DNA of 40,707 bases. Origin: an uncultured Christensenella sp. GTDB lineage: Bacteria > Bacillota > Clostridia > Christensenellales > UBA1242. Position numbers and translations under genes: made by a program. Below, one piece after another: positions 1 through 8,590 of the stretch. The notes below the pieces were generated by a model. That model saw only the letters and a program-made list of their open reading frames with translations. It ran no database searches and was not told where the DNA came from. The DNA is taken from positions 1 through 40,707 of the forward strand of contig CAYJEF010000001.1 in assembly GCA_964369125.1 (NCBI GenBank), given 5' to 3'. Positions within the stretch are counted from its first letter, which is position 1. Each line of letters opens with the position of its first letter.

Positions 1-392
1 GCCATATCCACTTTTCCAGCATAATTTTGCTTAAAAAACTTCATAATAGAAGGGAGAGATTTATCATTTTGTGCCATAATTAATTTTTTGATTTCGTCTT
101 CGCCTAAGAGTTTTGGCAAGAACTTTGCAATAATATTTTTTTGTTTTTCAATGTTTTGTGCTTGCAAAGAATTGTTTGCTTTTTCATAATTTGCTTTTTC
201 CTCGTCCAGTTCCTTTAACGTTTTTTGCAAAATATTAGACATATCACTGTCGCTAAATTCTTCTTTTTTCTCGCGTTTTTTAACCGTTTCGAGCATTGCT
301 TTTGTCATTAGAACAGAATAGACCGCACGAGCATTTTGATCCTTGTCTTTTAAGGCTTGCATATTTGCTTTTTTTATTTCTTCTAAAATCAT
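1..392 (-). CDS. yqeY: GatB/YqeY domain-containing protein (partial; C-terminal end lies beyond window start)
   Basis: Absent from the ORF track because it is truncated. The reverse complement of 390-392 is ATG, preceded by GAGGTG (complement of 397-402). The frame stays open to position 1. My hand translation is MILEEIKKANMQALKDKDQNARAVYSVLMTKAMLETVKKREKKEEFSDSDMSNILQKTLKELDEEKANYEKANNSLQAQNIEKQKNIIAKFLPKLLGEDEIKKLIMAQNDKSLPSIMKFFKQNYAGKVDM. This has the length and layout of the YqeY family: an N-terminal A-x-K-x-KD motif, a central acidic helix, a (Y/F)LP-x-L-(S/G)-E-(D/E)-E-I motif and a C-terminal GK-x-D. Confidence 0.8.
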   Translation of the reverse strand, partial: MILEEIKKANMQALKDKDQNARAVYSVLMTKAMLETVKKREKKEEFSDSDMSNILQKTLKELDEEKANYEKANNSLQAQNIEKQKNIIAKFLPKLLGEDEIKKLIMAQNDKSLPSIMKFFKQNYAGKVDM

Positions 393-438
393 TTTTCACC
401 TCTTATTGCTCTATTATACTGCACTATATTTGCATAAA

Positions 439-474
439 AGTCAAATGATTTCAATTTTACAAATACATTTGACT
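439..474. promoter_or_regulatory. perfect 9-bp inverted repeat AGTCAAATG-N18-CATTTGACT overlapping the -35 box of the downstream promoter (candidate operator)
   Basis: Positions 439-447 (AGTCAAATG) are the exact reverse complement of 466-474 (CATTTGACT). The right arm contains the TTGACT -35 hexamer at 469-474. No T-run follows, so it is not a terminator. Confidence 0.35.
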
Positions 475-497
475 AAAATGTTTAAAATATATACAAT
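469..497 (+). promoter_or_regulatory. sigma-70/sigA-type promoter TTGACT-17 nt-TACAAT for the lipoprotein operon
   Basis: TTGACT lies at 469-474 and TACAAT at 492-497, separated by an exact 17-nt spacer. The SD GGGGGAG (513-519) and ATG 522 follow about 25 nt downstream of the -10. Confidence 0.55.
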
Positions 498-521
498 TTT
501 ATATTGATATAAGGGGGAGAA

Positions 522-1931
522 ATGAAAATAATCAAGAAATTTCTTGTTATTATGTGTTTAGTTCTTGTTTTACCCCTAGCATTAACCGCCTGTGGAGAGC
601 AAACTTTTGACACAACCCCTTGGATTATTTCTACAAAGACTAGTGACGACGTGGCAGAGGAAGTGGAAAGTTCTCGAGCGCGAATGATGGACGAACTAAA
701 TATTCCCGTGAAATATGTTACCACCACTACTTTTAAATTTTATGGCACACTAGATGAGAGATTTTCTAGCAAGATTGTGAGGGAGGTAACGACCGCCACA
801 TTTTCGAGTGCCGACATTCAAAATGCCACTGCCAAAATAGAGACATTGACCTATGAAAATGACGTGCTAAAAACCCGCAAAGAGGATTCATACTTGCGAT
901 ATAACGAGAATTATGGATATAAATATATAAAGCACACCACAATTGCCACGAGCGAGGACGACGCTGAAGAAGTGTTTATGGAGAGGCAAAATGTCTCAAT
1001 GAGTAGCAGGTCGTTTTACACTATGTTGGGCGAAATTATTTTTGAACCAGGCGAGAACGAGGCGGACATCGTTAGCCAAAAGGACTTTAATGGAATACAC
1101 TACTACCTTTTGACTTCTAGCACCGACAACCTTAACTTTGGCATCAAAGAAAAGTTTAGCGAGAGAAGCGATTTGTTTACCTCTCCAACGTTGTTTGCGC
1201 TGGATAACAAACTGGACGATTATGTTATGCCGTTTTCGTACACTTATGGAATAACTGCCGCAAAATACATCTCATATTTCGCAATAAACTATACCATTTC
1301 AAACAGCAACCGCACGGGAAACCACAATGAAGACAATTTCTTCGAAAAATATTTAACTGTGTCTAGCATAACAACGCTTGAGAGGTTCGGCGAGAATGTC
1401 GAGATTCCGTCAGCGCCTGAAAACAAAGACGATTACACTGTGGCAACCTTTGACAACATTGTGAAAAGCGACGAATATTACATTCAATATAGGCAAATAA
1501 CGGGCGCAAATAGTTACATTTTAACTACCACTCAAAGACGAGCCGACGGGAACGTTATGGTAAGTATTGATACGTATATCGCAAGTAATCTTAGCACTGA
1601 ATACTATTTTCTTGAATATTCTGAGGACAAAACGTTTGTTGCATATAAAATAAATAGCGAGAATGACACTTATGCGGTGGACGAGAATTTCTCGGCGCCG
1701 TTTATTGCATACAACTTTTCAAGCGAACTTGTATCGGCTACGAATGGTGTATATCAATTTGGCACGAGTGAATCGTACTATCTTTTGACCTTAAATAATG
1801 GCGAAATTTATTCCATAACAAACAGTCGTGAGGAGGACGCAGTGGTTTTGCTTATTGAGAACTTTGGCAATGGACAAGCAAACAGCGGTCTGCGTGATTT
1901 ATCGGGATTGACAGAAGAAAGCGGAGATTAA
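522..1931 (+). CDS. lipoprotein of unknown function (469 aa)
   Basis: ORF with an SD (GGGGGAG, 513-519). The N-terminus MKIIKKFLVIMCLVLVLPLALTAC is a basic n-region, a hydrophobic core and an L-T-A-C lipobox (signal peptidase II type). I recognise no domain family in the mature part. Confidence 0.75.
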   Translation: MKIIKKFLVIMCLVLVLPLALTACGEQTFDTTPWIISTKTSDDVAEEVESSRARMMDELNIPVKYVTTTTFKFYGTLDERFSSKIVREVTTATFSSADIQNATAKIETLTYENDVLKTRKEDSYLRYNENYGYKYIKHTTIATSEDDAEEVFMERQNVSMSSRSFYTMLGEIIFEPGENEADIVSQKDFNGIHYYLLTSSTDNLNFGIKEKFSERSDLFTSPTLFALDNKLDDYVMPFSYTYGITAAKYISYFAINYTISNSNRTGNHNEDNFFEKYLTVSSITTLERFGENVEIPSAPENKDDYTVATFDNIVKSDEYYIQYRQITGANSYILTTTQRRADGNVMVSIDTYIASNLSTEYYFLEYSEDKTFVAYKINSENDTYAVDENFSAPFIAYNFSSELVSATNGVYQFGTSESYYLLTLNNGEIYSITNSREEDAVVLLIENFGNGQANSGLRDLSGLTEESGD

Positions 1932-1946
1932 AATTAGGAGGAAATT

Positions 1947-2864
1947 ATGAGTAGAGAATTAACTCTCGTTATTATGGCGGGCGGACTGGGCAGTAGGTTT
2001 GGCGGATTAAAACAGGTGGAACCCATTGACGAGCACAACAATTTCATAATAGATTATTCCATATTTGACGCCATTCGCGAGGGGTTTTCTAAAGTGGTGT
2101 TTATCATTAAGCGTGAGCATTTGGAGGTTTTTAAAAAGACTATTGGCGAGCGTATCGCAAAATTTATTGCGGTCGACTACGCCTTTCAGGGTTTAAGCGA
2201 TTTTATTCCAAAAGACCTTGACATTTCTATGCGCACAAAACCTTGGGGGACGGGGCATGCTGTGCTTTGCGCAGGGGATAAGGTGCAGGGTGATTTCGCC
2301 GTTATTAACGCTGACGACTTTTATGGACGCGACGGATTTCGCGTGGCGGGACAATTTTTTAGAGATAATATGGAGGATAATATTTACGGGCTCGTGGGCT
2401 ATAAGGCGGGCAACACTCTTACTGAAAACGGCGCCGTGAAGCGCGGGGTTTGTAAGGTTTCGGGCGGGTTTTTGGAAAAGGTGGAGGAAAGCACAATAGA
2501 GAAGATTGACGGCAAAATTTATGCCACTTCACTTAGCGGTAAAGAACGCATTATCATTTCACCAGACCACCTTGTTAGCATGAATTTAATTTGCTTTAAA
2601 AACAACTATTTTGACGTCCTAAAGCGTTCGTTTGCGGAATTTTTGGCAGACAAAAACACCAACCTAAGTAAGGACGAATTTTTTGTTTTAAACCAAGTGG
2701 AATATGCAAAAAAATACTATAATGTCAAAATGAAGGTGCTTGAAACCTCGGCTGTTTGGCAGGGCGTTACATACAAAGAGGACAAAGAAGGCGTCGTTTT
2801 GTCGCTTAAAAAATTAAGAGAGCAAGGCGTTTACCCAAATAACCTTTGGGAGAAACGCGAGTGA
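1947..2864 (+). CDS. sugar-phosphate nucleotidyltransferase family protein (NTP_transferase fold)
   Basis: AGGAGG lies about 8 nt upstream of the ATG, and the gene starts 15 nt after the lipoprotein stop. The N-terminal LVIMAGGLGSRFGGLKQ is the G-x-G-x-R pyrophosphorylase loop. KPWGTGHAV and INADDFYG are typical of this fold. Substrate is not assignable from sequence alone. Confidence 0.75.
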   Translation: MSRELTLVIMAGGLGSRFGGLKQVEPIDEHNNFIIDYSIFDAIREGFSKVVFIIKREHLEVFKKTIGERIAKFIAVDYAFQGLSDFIPKDLDISMRTKPWGTGHAVLCAGDKVQGDFAVINADDFYGRDGFRVAGQFFRDNMEDNIYGLVGYKAGNTLTENGAVKRGVCKVSGGFLEKVEESTIEKIDGKIYATSLSGKERIIISPDHLVSMNLICFKNNYFDVLKRSFAEFLADKNTNLSKDEFFVLNQVEYAKKYYNVKMKVLETSAVWQGVTYKEDKEGVVLSLKKLREQGVYPNNLWEKRE

Positions 2865-3538
2865 CTGAATTTATAGAGCAGATATTTTCGAACATTTTTG
2901 GATCTAACGTTTGGCTGGCGACAATTTTAATTTCAATGGTGCCAATAATAGAACTTAAGGGCGCAATTCCTTTTTCGATGTCATTTGACGTGTGGGGGAG
3001 TAATGCTTTGACGCAGTGGGAGGCGTTTACCGCTGGAATCATTGGCACGTCGATGATTGTATTTTTGCTGGCGCTAATATATATCCCGCTAATTAAATGG
3101 CTGAAATCTACGCGAGTATTTAGGAAACTTGGGGAAAAGGTGGAGGCAAATATAAATGAGAAAAGGGGCAAGGTCGAGAGCGATATAGAACATAAAAAAC
3201 ATCGCTGTCGGGCGTTCTATCTAAAGCTGTCCGCCGTGTTTTTATTCGTTGCAATGCCATTGCCGTTTACAGGCGTGTGGACGGGCACTTGCCTAGCGAT
3301 TGCTCTTGGGTTAAACTATTGGACGGCGTGCGGGACGGTTGTCGGCGGGAATATCGTGGCGGGACTCCTTATAACGCTCCTGTCCAGTTTGTTTAAAAAT
3401 TCCACCATAATTTTGTTCTACATATTGCTTGGGCTGGCTCTTTGCCTTGTTTTATATTTGATTATTAAGGGGATTGTGAGGCGTCGTAAGGTGAAAATTC
3501 CAAATAAAATTAACACCGAAAATTTGGAAAAAAAATAA
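2846..3538 (+). CDS. small multidrug export-like (Sm_multidrug_ex / COG2426) integral membrane protein
   Basis: The ELKGAIPF and LPFTGVWTGT motifs plus 4-5 hydrophobic helices fit the family. The ORF-track start is TTG 2846. GTG 2861 (VTEFIEQ...) would give a 4-nt GTGA overlap with the upstream stop and is an equally plausible true start. Confidence 0.7.
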   Translation: MGETRVTEFIEQIFSNIFGSNVWLATILISMVPIIELKGAIPFSMSFDVWGSNALTQWEAFTAGIIGTSMIVFLLALIYIPLIKWLKSTRVFRKLGEKVEANINEKRGKVESDIEHKKHRCRAFYLKLSAVFLFVAMPLPFTGVWTGTCLAIALGLNYWTACGTVVGGNIVAGLLITLLSSLFKNSTIILFYILLGLALCLVLYLIIKGIVRRRKVKIPNKINTENLEKK

Positions 3539-3555
3539 AATATTTTCAAAATACA

Positions 3556-3584
3556 TTGATTTTAACGCAATAATCTAGTATTAT
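3556..3584 (+). promoter_or_regulatory. candidate sigA-type promoter TTGATT-17 nt-TATTAT
   Basis: TTGATT lies at 3556-3561 and TATTAT at 3579-3584, separated by a 17-nt spacer. It sits between the stop of the membrane protein gene (3538) and the hairpin at 3601. Confidence 0.4.
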
Positions 3585-3600
3585 ATTTGAAATACTAATA

Positions 3601-3625
3601 AAAGGGGACGCCCCCTTTGTTTTTT
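3601..3625 (+). terminator. intrinsic terminator-like hairpin (AAAGGGG-ACGC-CCCCTTT) followed by a T6 run
   Basis: A 7-bp stem pairs 3601-3607 with 3612-3618 around a 4-nt loop, followed by G and TTTTTT (3620-3625). It lies 63 nt after the upstream stop and only 18 nt before ATG 3644. Confidence 0.6.
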
Positions 3626-3643
3626 GTATGAAAGGGTGATAGA

Positions 3644-4918
3644 ATGAAAATTACAATTTTGGGAACGGGTTGCATTTGGACGAAGCGCGCATGTGCCAGC
3701 TATCTCATTGACGACGATATTTTGGTGGACGCCGGCGCGGGGACGATGAAGCAACTGTTTAAGAGTAGTAAAAACCTTTTGCATCACGAGAAGATTGGCA
3801 AACTTAAACTCATTCTCATAACACACTTTCACCTCGACCACTTTTTTGACCTCGTTCCGCTTATGTGGAAACTTGCGAGCGACAAATATCCAGACTTCAA
3901 AGCGACCATAATTTGCCCTCCAAACGGCGAACAAATAATCAAGAATTTATGCAGTTTGGGGTTAAGTTACAGCAGTTTTAAAAAACTAAATTTTGACGAT
4001 AATATAACGTTTTTAGACGCGTCAAAACTGGAGAATTTTAAATATCGCGACTACGAAATTTCCGCCCATAAAATGGACCACGGGGACATCGAATGTTTTG
4101 GATATATGGTGAAAACCTCTCGGGGCAAAACCGTGTCGTTTACGGGAGATAGCACTATGTGCGACAATATGAGGCATATGGTGGACACCAGCGACATCGC
4201 GTTCGTGGATATGGCGGGAACGGACATTTCAAACAAGCATTTCAACATCATCGACGGCATTTCCCTTATGCAGAAATACGAGGGTAAATGTTGCATCGTG
4301 CCTTGCCACCTGACGAGCCAAGCCCTTGACTATTGCGAGGGCAGGATAGCCCCTCCGCGAGACCTTATGGTCATTAACGTCGACAGCGACAAGCCATATG
4401 ATTTTCATCTAAAAGAGGCGGGCGACAAGAAAAAGCAAAAGTCACAAAAGTTCGCTTTCGAGACCAAAAAGTTAAAAAATCTTAAAGGCAAGATGGTCGA
4501 TTTGGCTTTGACAAAAACTTTTATCGACGAGGACATTCCAATATATTCCTTTGACGTGCGGTTGCCAAAAACGCTCGAAAATGTTGGTCAAGTGATATAT
4601 GGAGTGGTGGCAAAAACGGACGATCTTCACCGCGGTAATGTGGAGATAAATATGACAAAAGATATGGATTTTCGTTCCATAAAATACGACTGTTGCCAGC
4701 AGATAAAAAAAGTGGCGATGTTTCACAAAGCGAGCAGTTTGCAACTGACTTGCGACCCAGAGGACTTCGACACCAGACGTGTGTATGACAGCCTTGGGGC
4801 ATATTTGAAAGAAATTAAAACCATTTCGCACCGCGACGTAGAAGGCAAACGAAGCCTCGTGGAAAGGTGCATTTGGGTATGGGAGTTTAATAACAATAAT
4901 GAAAAACAACAACGTTAG
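3644..4918 (+). CDS. MBL-fold metallo-hydrolase with a C-terminal extension of about 170 aa (possibly a degenerate GNAT-like domain)
   Basis: The SD-like GGGTGA lies at 3633-3638. THFHLDHF is the HxHxDH zinc motif of the metallo-beta-lactamase fold, and later His/Asp ligands are plausible (HKMDHGD, FTGDS, PCHL). Residues from about 255 to 424 are a separate domain. The gene overlaps typA by 20 nt. Confidence 0.75.
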   Translation: MKITILGTGCIWTKRACASYLIDDDILVDAGAGTMKQLFKSSKNLLHHEKIGKLKLILITHFHLDHFFDLVPLMWKLASDKYPDFKATIICPPNGEQIIKNLCSLGLSYSSFKKLNFDDNITFLDASKLENFKYRDYEISAHKMDHGDIECFGYMVKTSRGKTVSFTGDSTMCDNMRHMVDTSDIAFVDMAGTDISNKHFNIIDGISLMQKYEGKCCIVPCHLTSQALDYCEGRIAPPRDLMVINVDSDKPYDFHLKEAGDKKKQKSQKFAFETKKLKNLKGKMVDLALTKTFIDEDIPIYSFDVRLPKTLENVGQVIYGVVAKTDDLHRGNVEINMTKDMDFRSIKYDCCQQIKKVAMFHKASSLQLTCDPEDFDTRRVYDSLGAYLKEIKTISHRDVEGKRSLVERCIWVWEFNNNNEKQQR

Positions 4919-6731
4919 AAATATAGCAATAATAGCACACGTAGACCACGGCAAGACCAGCCTTGTCAATGAAATGTTAAAACAAGGAGGCGTGTTTAGA
5001 AGCAATCAAGAAGTAGCCGACAGAGTGATGGACAGCAACGCAATTGAGCGAGAGCGTGGCATCACAATATTTAGCAAAAACGCCAGTTTGAACTATAATG
5101 GCGTGAAAATAAACGTGGTCGACACCCCGGGACACGCCGATTTTGGCGGAGAAGTGGAGCGGGTTTTAAAAATGGTGGACGGCGCGCTTCTCGTGGTCGA
5201 TGCGTTTGAGGGACCAATGCCACAAACGCGTTTTGTGCTTGAAAAAGCCTTGGCTCTTAATCTAAAAATCATTGTAGTAATAAACAAAATCGACAGAAAA
5301 GACAGCCGAATTGACGAAGTTGTCAACGAGATTTTGGAACTTCTTATGGATTTAAACGCCAGCGAAGAGCAACTCGATTGCCCAATTATCTATGCGTCGG
5401 CGCGTTTTGGCACAGCAACCCTTGACCCAAAAATTGAGAAAAAGGATATGAAAGACCTCTTTGACGCTGTAATCTCGCACATTCCTTGCCCAGACGGCGA
5501 CGAAAATAAGAGCCTTCAAATGCTCGTGTCGTCCACAGAACAAGACGACTTTTTGGGCAAACTCGCCGTAGGTAAGATAGTGCAAGGCACGCTGAAAGTG
5601 GGCGAAAATTTGGTGGTTACAAACTTCCACGACAGTGCCAAGCGAGAAAACTTTAAGACGCAAAATATATTTGAATTTTCGGGGCTAAAACGCTCCCCAA
5701 TAACTATGGGTCACGTGGGTGACATCGTGTGTATTGCGGGCGCCACAAACATTACAGTTGGGGACACTCTGTCTAGTCAAAGTGACGTGCAAACACTGCC
5801 ATTTGTGAAGATTAGCGAACCCAGCGTAGAGATGAGTTTTATTGTAAACAACAGCCCATTTGCCGGCAAAGAGGGCAAGTTTTGTACGAGTAGACAACTG
5901 CGTGATCGCCTGTTAAAAGAAGCAGTGAAAGACCTTAGTCTTCGCGTGTTTGACACCGATAATGCCGACACATTTAAAGTGATGGGACGTGGCGAAATGC
6001 ACCTGTCAATTCTTATGGAAAACTTGCGTCGCGAGGGTTATGAATTTCAAGTGAGTCAGCCAAAAGTGGTACTTAAAACCATTGACGGCAAACTCTGCGA
6101 ACCAATTGAAAAACTAGTGGTGGACGTCCCAGATGACAAGGCTGGCAACGTCATAAGCGTCCTTGGCGCGCGCAAGGCGGAACTAGTTACTATGCACAGC
6201 AATTTTGGCAGGACAAGGCTGGAATATCTCATACCTTCTCGCGGGCTGTTTGGATATAAAAGTCAGTTTATGACCGACACAAACGGCGAAGGTGTTATGA
6301 GCAGTGTGCTCGCAAAATATGACGAATATCGCGGAAGTATTAACCGTCGCAACTATGGTATGCTTGTGGCATACGAATCGGGCGATGCGGTGCAATATGG
6401 ACTCTTTTATTCCCAGCAACATGGCAAACTCTTTATAACCCCAAGCGACAAAGTGTATGGCGGAATGATCGTGGGAACCAACCCTCGCGCCGAGGACATT
6501 GTGGTGAACGTCTGCAAGACGAAACACCTTACAAACACGCGTTCTAGCGCCAGCGACGACGCTCTGAGACTAGAGCCAATTCAACGCCCAAGTTTGGAAC
6601 AATTTATTGATATGTTAGGCGAGGACGAACTATTGGAAATAACTCCAAAAAATATTCGAATGAGGAAAAAAACACTCGACCACACCATTCGAGGTAGAGA
6701 AGATTTCAGAAGAAAGAGCAAGGACGATTAA
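4899..6731 (+). CDS. typA: translational GTPase TypA/BipA
   Basis: The G1-G4 motifs are present: NIAIIAHVDHGKTSL (G1), DTPGHADFGGEVER (G3) and NKIDR (G4). The 610-aa length and the BipA-specific C-terminal domain also fit (EPIQRPSLEQFIDMLGEDELLEITPKNIRMRK). Confidence 0.95.
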   Translation: MKNNNVRNIAIIAHVDHGKTSLVNEMLKQGGVFRSNQEVADRVMDSNAIERERGITIFSKNASLNYNGVKINVVDTPGHADFGGEVERVLKMVDGALLVVDAFEGPMPQTRFVLEKALALNLKIIVVINKIDRKDSRIDEVVNEILELLMDLNASEEQLDCPIIYASARFGTATLDPKIEKKDMKDLFDAVISHIPCPDGDENKSLQMLVSSTEQDDFLGKLAVGKIVQGTLKVGENLVVTNFHDSAKRENFKTQNIFEFSGLKRSPITMGHVGDIVCIAGATNITVGDTLSSQSDVQTLPFVKISEPSVEMSFIVNNSPFAGKEGKFCTSRQLRDRLLKEAVKDLSLRVFDTDNADTFKVMGRGEMHLSILMENLRREGYEFQVSQPKVVLKTIDGKLCEPIEKLVVDVPDDKAGNVISVLGARKAELVTMHSNFGRTRLEYLIPSRGLFGYKSQFMTDTNGEGVMSSVLAKYDEYRGSINRRNYGMLVAYESGDAVQYGLFYSQQHGKLFITPSDKVYGGMIVGTNPRAEDIVVNVCKTKHLTNTRSSASDDALRLEPIQRPSLEQFIDMLGEDELLEITPKNIRMRKKTLDHTIRGREDFRRKSKDD

Positions 6732-6744
6732 GTCCTTGTTTTTT
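6719..6744 (+). terminator. rho-independent terminator overlapping the typA stop codon
   Basis: A perfect 7-bp stem pairs CAAGGAC (6719-6725) with GTCCTTG (6732-6738). The loop GATTAA contains the TAA stop. TTTTTT follows at 6739-6744. Confidence 0.8.
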
Positions 6745-6745
6745 A

Positions 6746-6776
6746 TTTACAACGTGATTTTAATAGACATTATAAT
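6746..6776 (+). promoter_or_regulatory. possible eno promoter (TTTACA ... TATAAT)
   Basis: TTTACA lies at 6746-6751 and a consensus TATAAT at 6771-6776. The 19-nt spacer is longer than optimal, hence low confidence. The SD AGGAG (6806-6810) precedes ATG 6819. Confidence 0.3.
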
Positions 6777-6797
6777 GTTAATTTTGATACACTTTGA

Positions 6798-8132
<1,335 letters not shown>

Positions 8133-8173
8133 TAAAAATTTTGCAAGTTTCTTTACAAAAATTTTATAAAAAG

Positions 8174-8198
8174 GAAGTCAAAAATGGCTTCTTTTTTT
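8174..8198 (+). terminator. probable intrinsic terminator after eno
   Basis: The stem GAAGTC (8174-8179) pairs with GGCTTC (8186-8191) with one G-U pair. The loop is AAAAAT, followed by T7 (8192-8198). Confidence 0.5.
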
Positions 8199-8489
8199 GT
8201 GTTTTTTATAAGTAATTTTTATTATCTTTAAAATAATTTTTGCACAATTATTAAAAAAGAATATTGGCAAAGTTTTACACAAAATCTATGTTTAAATGTT
8301 TACAACTAAGCGTTGTTATTTGTGGACGAAATACAGACAAATTAACATTCGGTTACTTCTTAATTTTATATCTAATTTTACAATTCTACATTCAAAACCA
8401 CTCGTTCCCGACCAATCGTTCGAGAGTTAAAATCATATGATAAATATATTATAATAATCTTTGTAAAATGCTCGTTTTTGTTTGGGTGT

Positions 8490-8517
8490 TTTACATAAAT
8501 ATGCTACTATGTATATT
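8490..8517 (+). promoter_or_regulatory. candidate promoter of the giant gene (TTTACA-16 nt-TATATT)
   Basis: TTTACA lies at 8490-8495 and TATATT at 8512-8517. This is the most promoter-like of several AT-rich matches in the 458-nt intergenic region, so confidence is low. Confidence 0.3.
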
Positions 8518-8590
8518 GAATAATTATATTATATTCTAATACTGAAAATATTTTCAACTTCTGGCGGGAATAATACTTAGGAGGAAGTCA

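Noticed and set aside
8288-8440. A 50-codon ORF (MFKCLQLSVVICGRNTDKLTFGYFLILYLILQFYIQNHSFPTNRSRVKII) in the intergenic region upstream of the giant gene.
   Set aside because: There is no SD upstream (cacaaaatctATG) and no recognisable family. AT-rich regions produce such ORFs by chance. It is kept only as a remote leader-peptide possibility.
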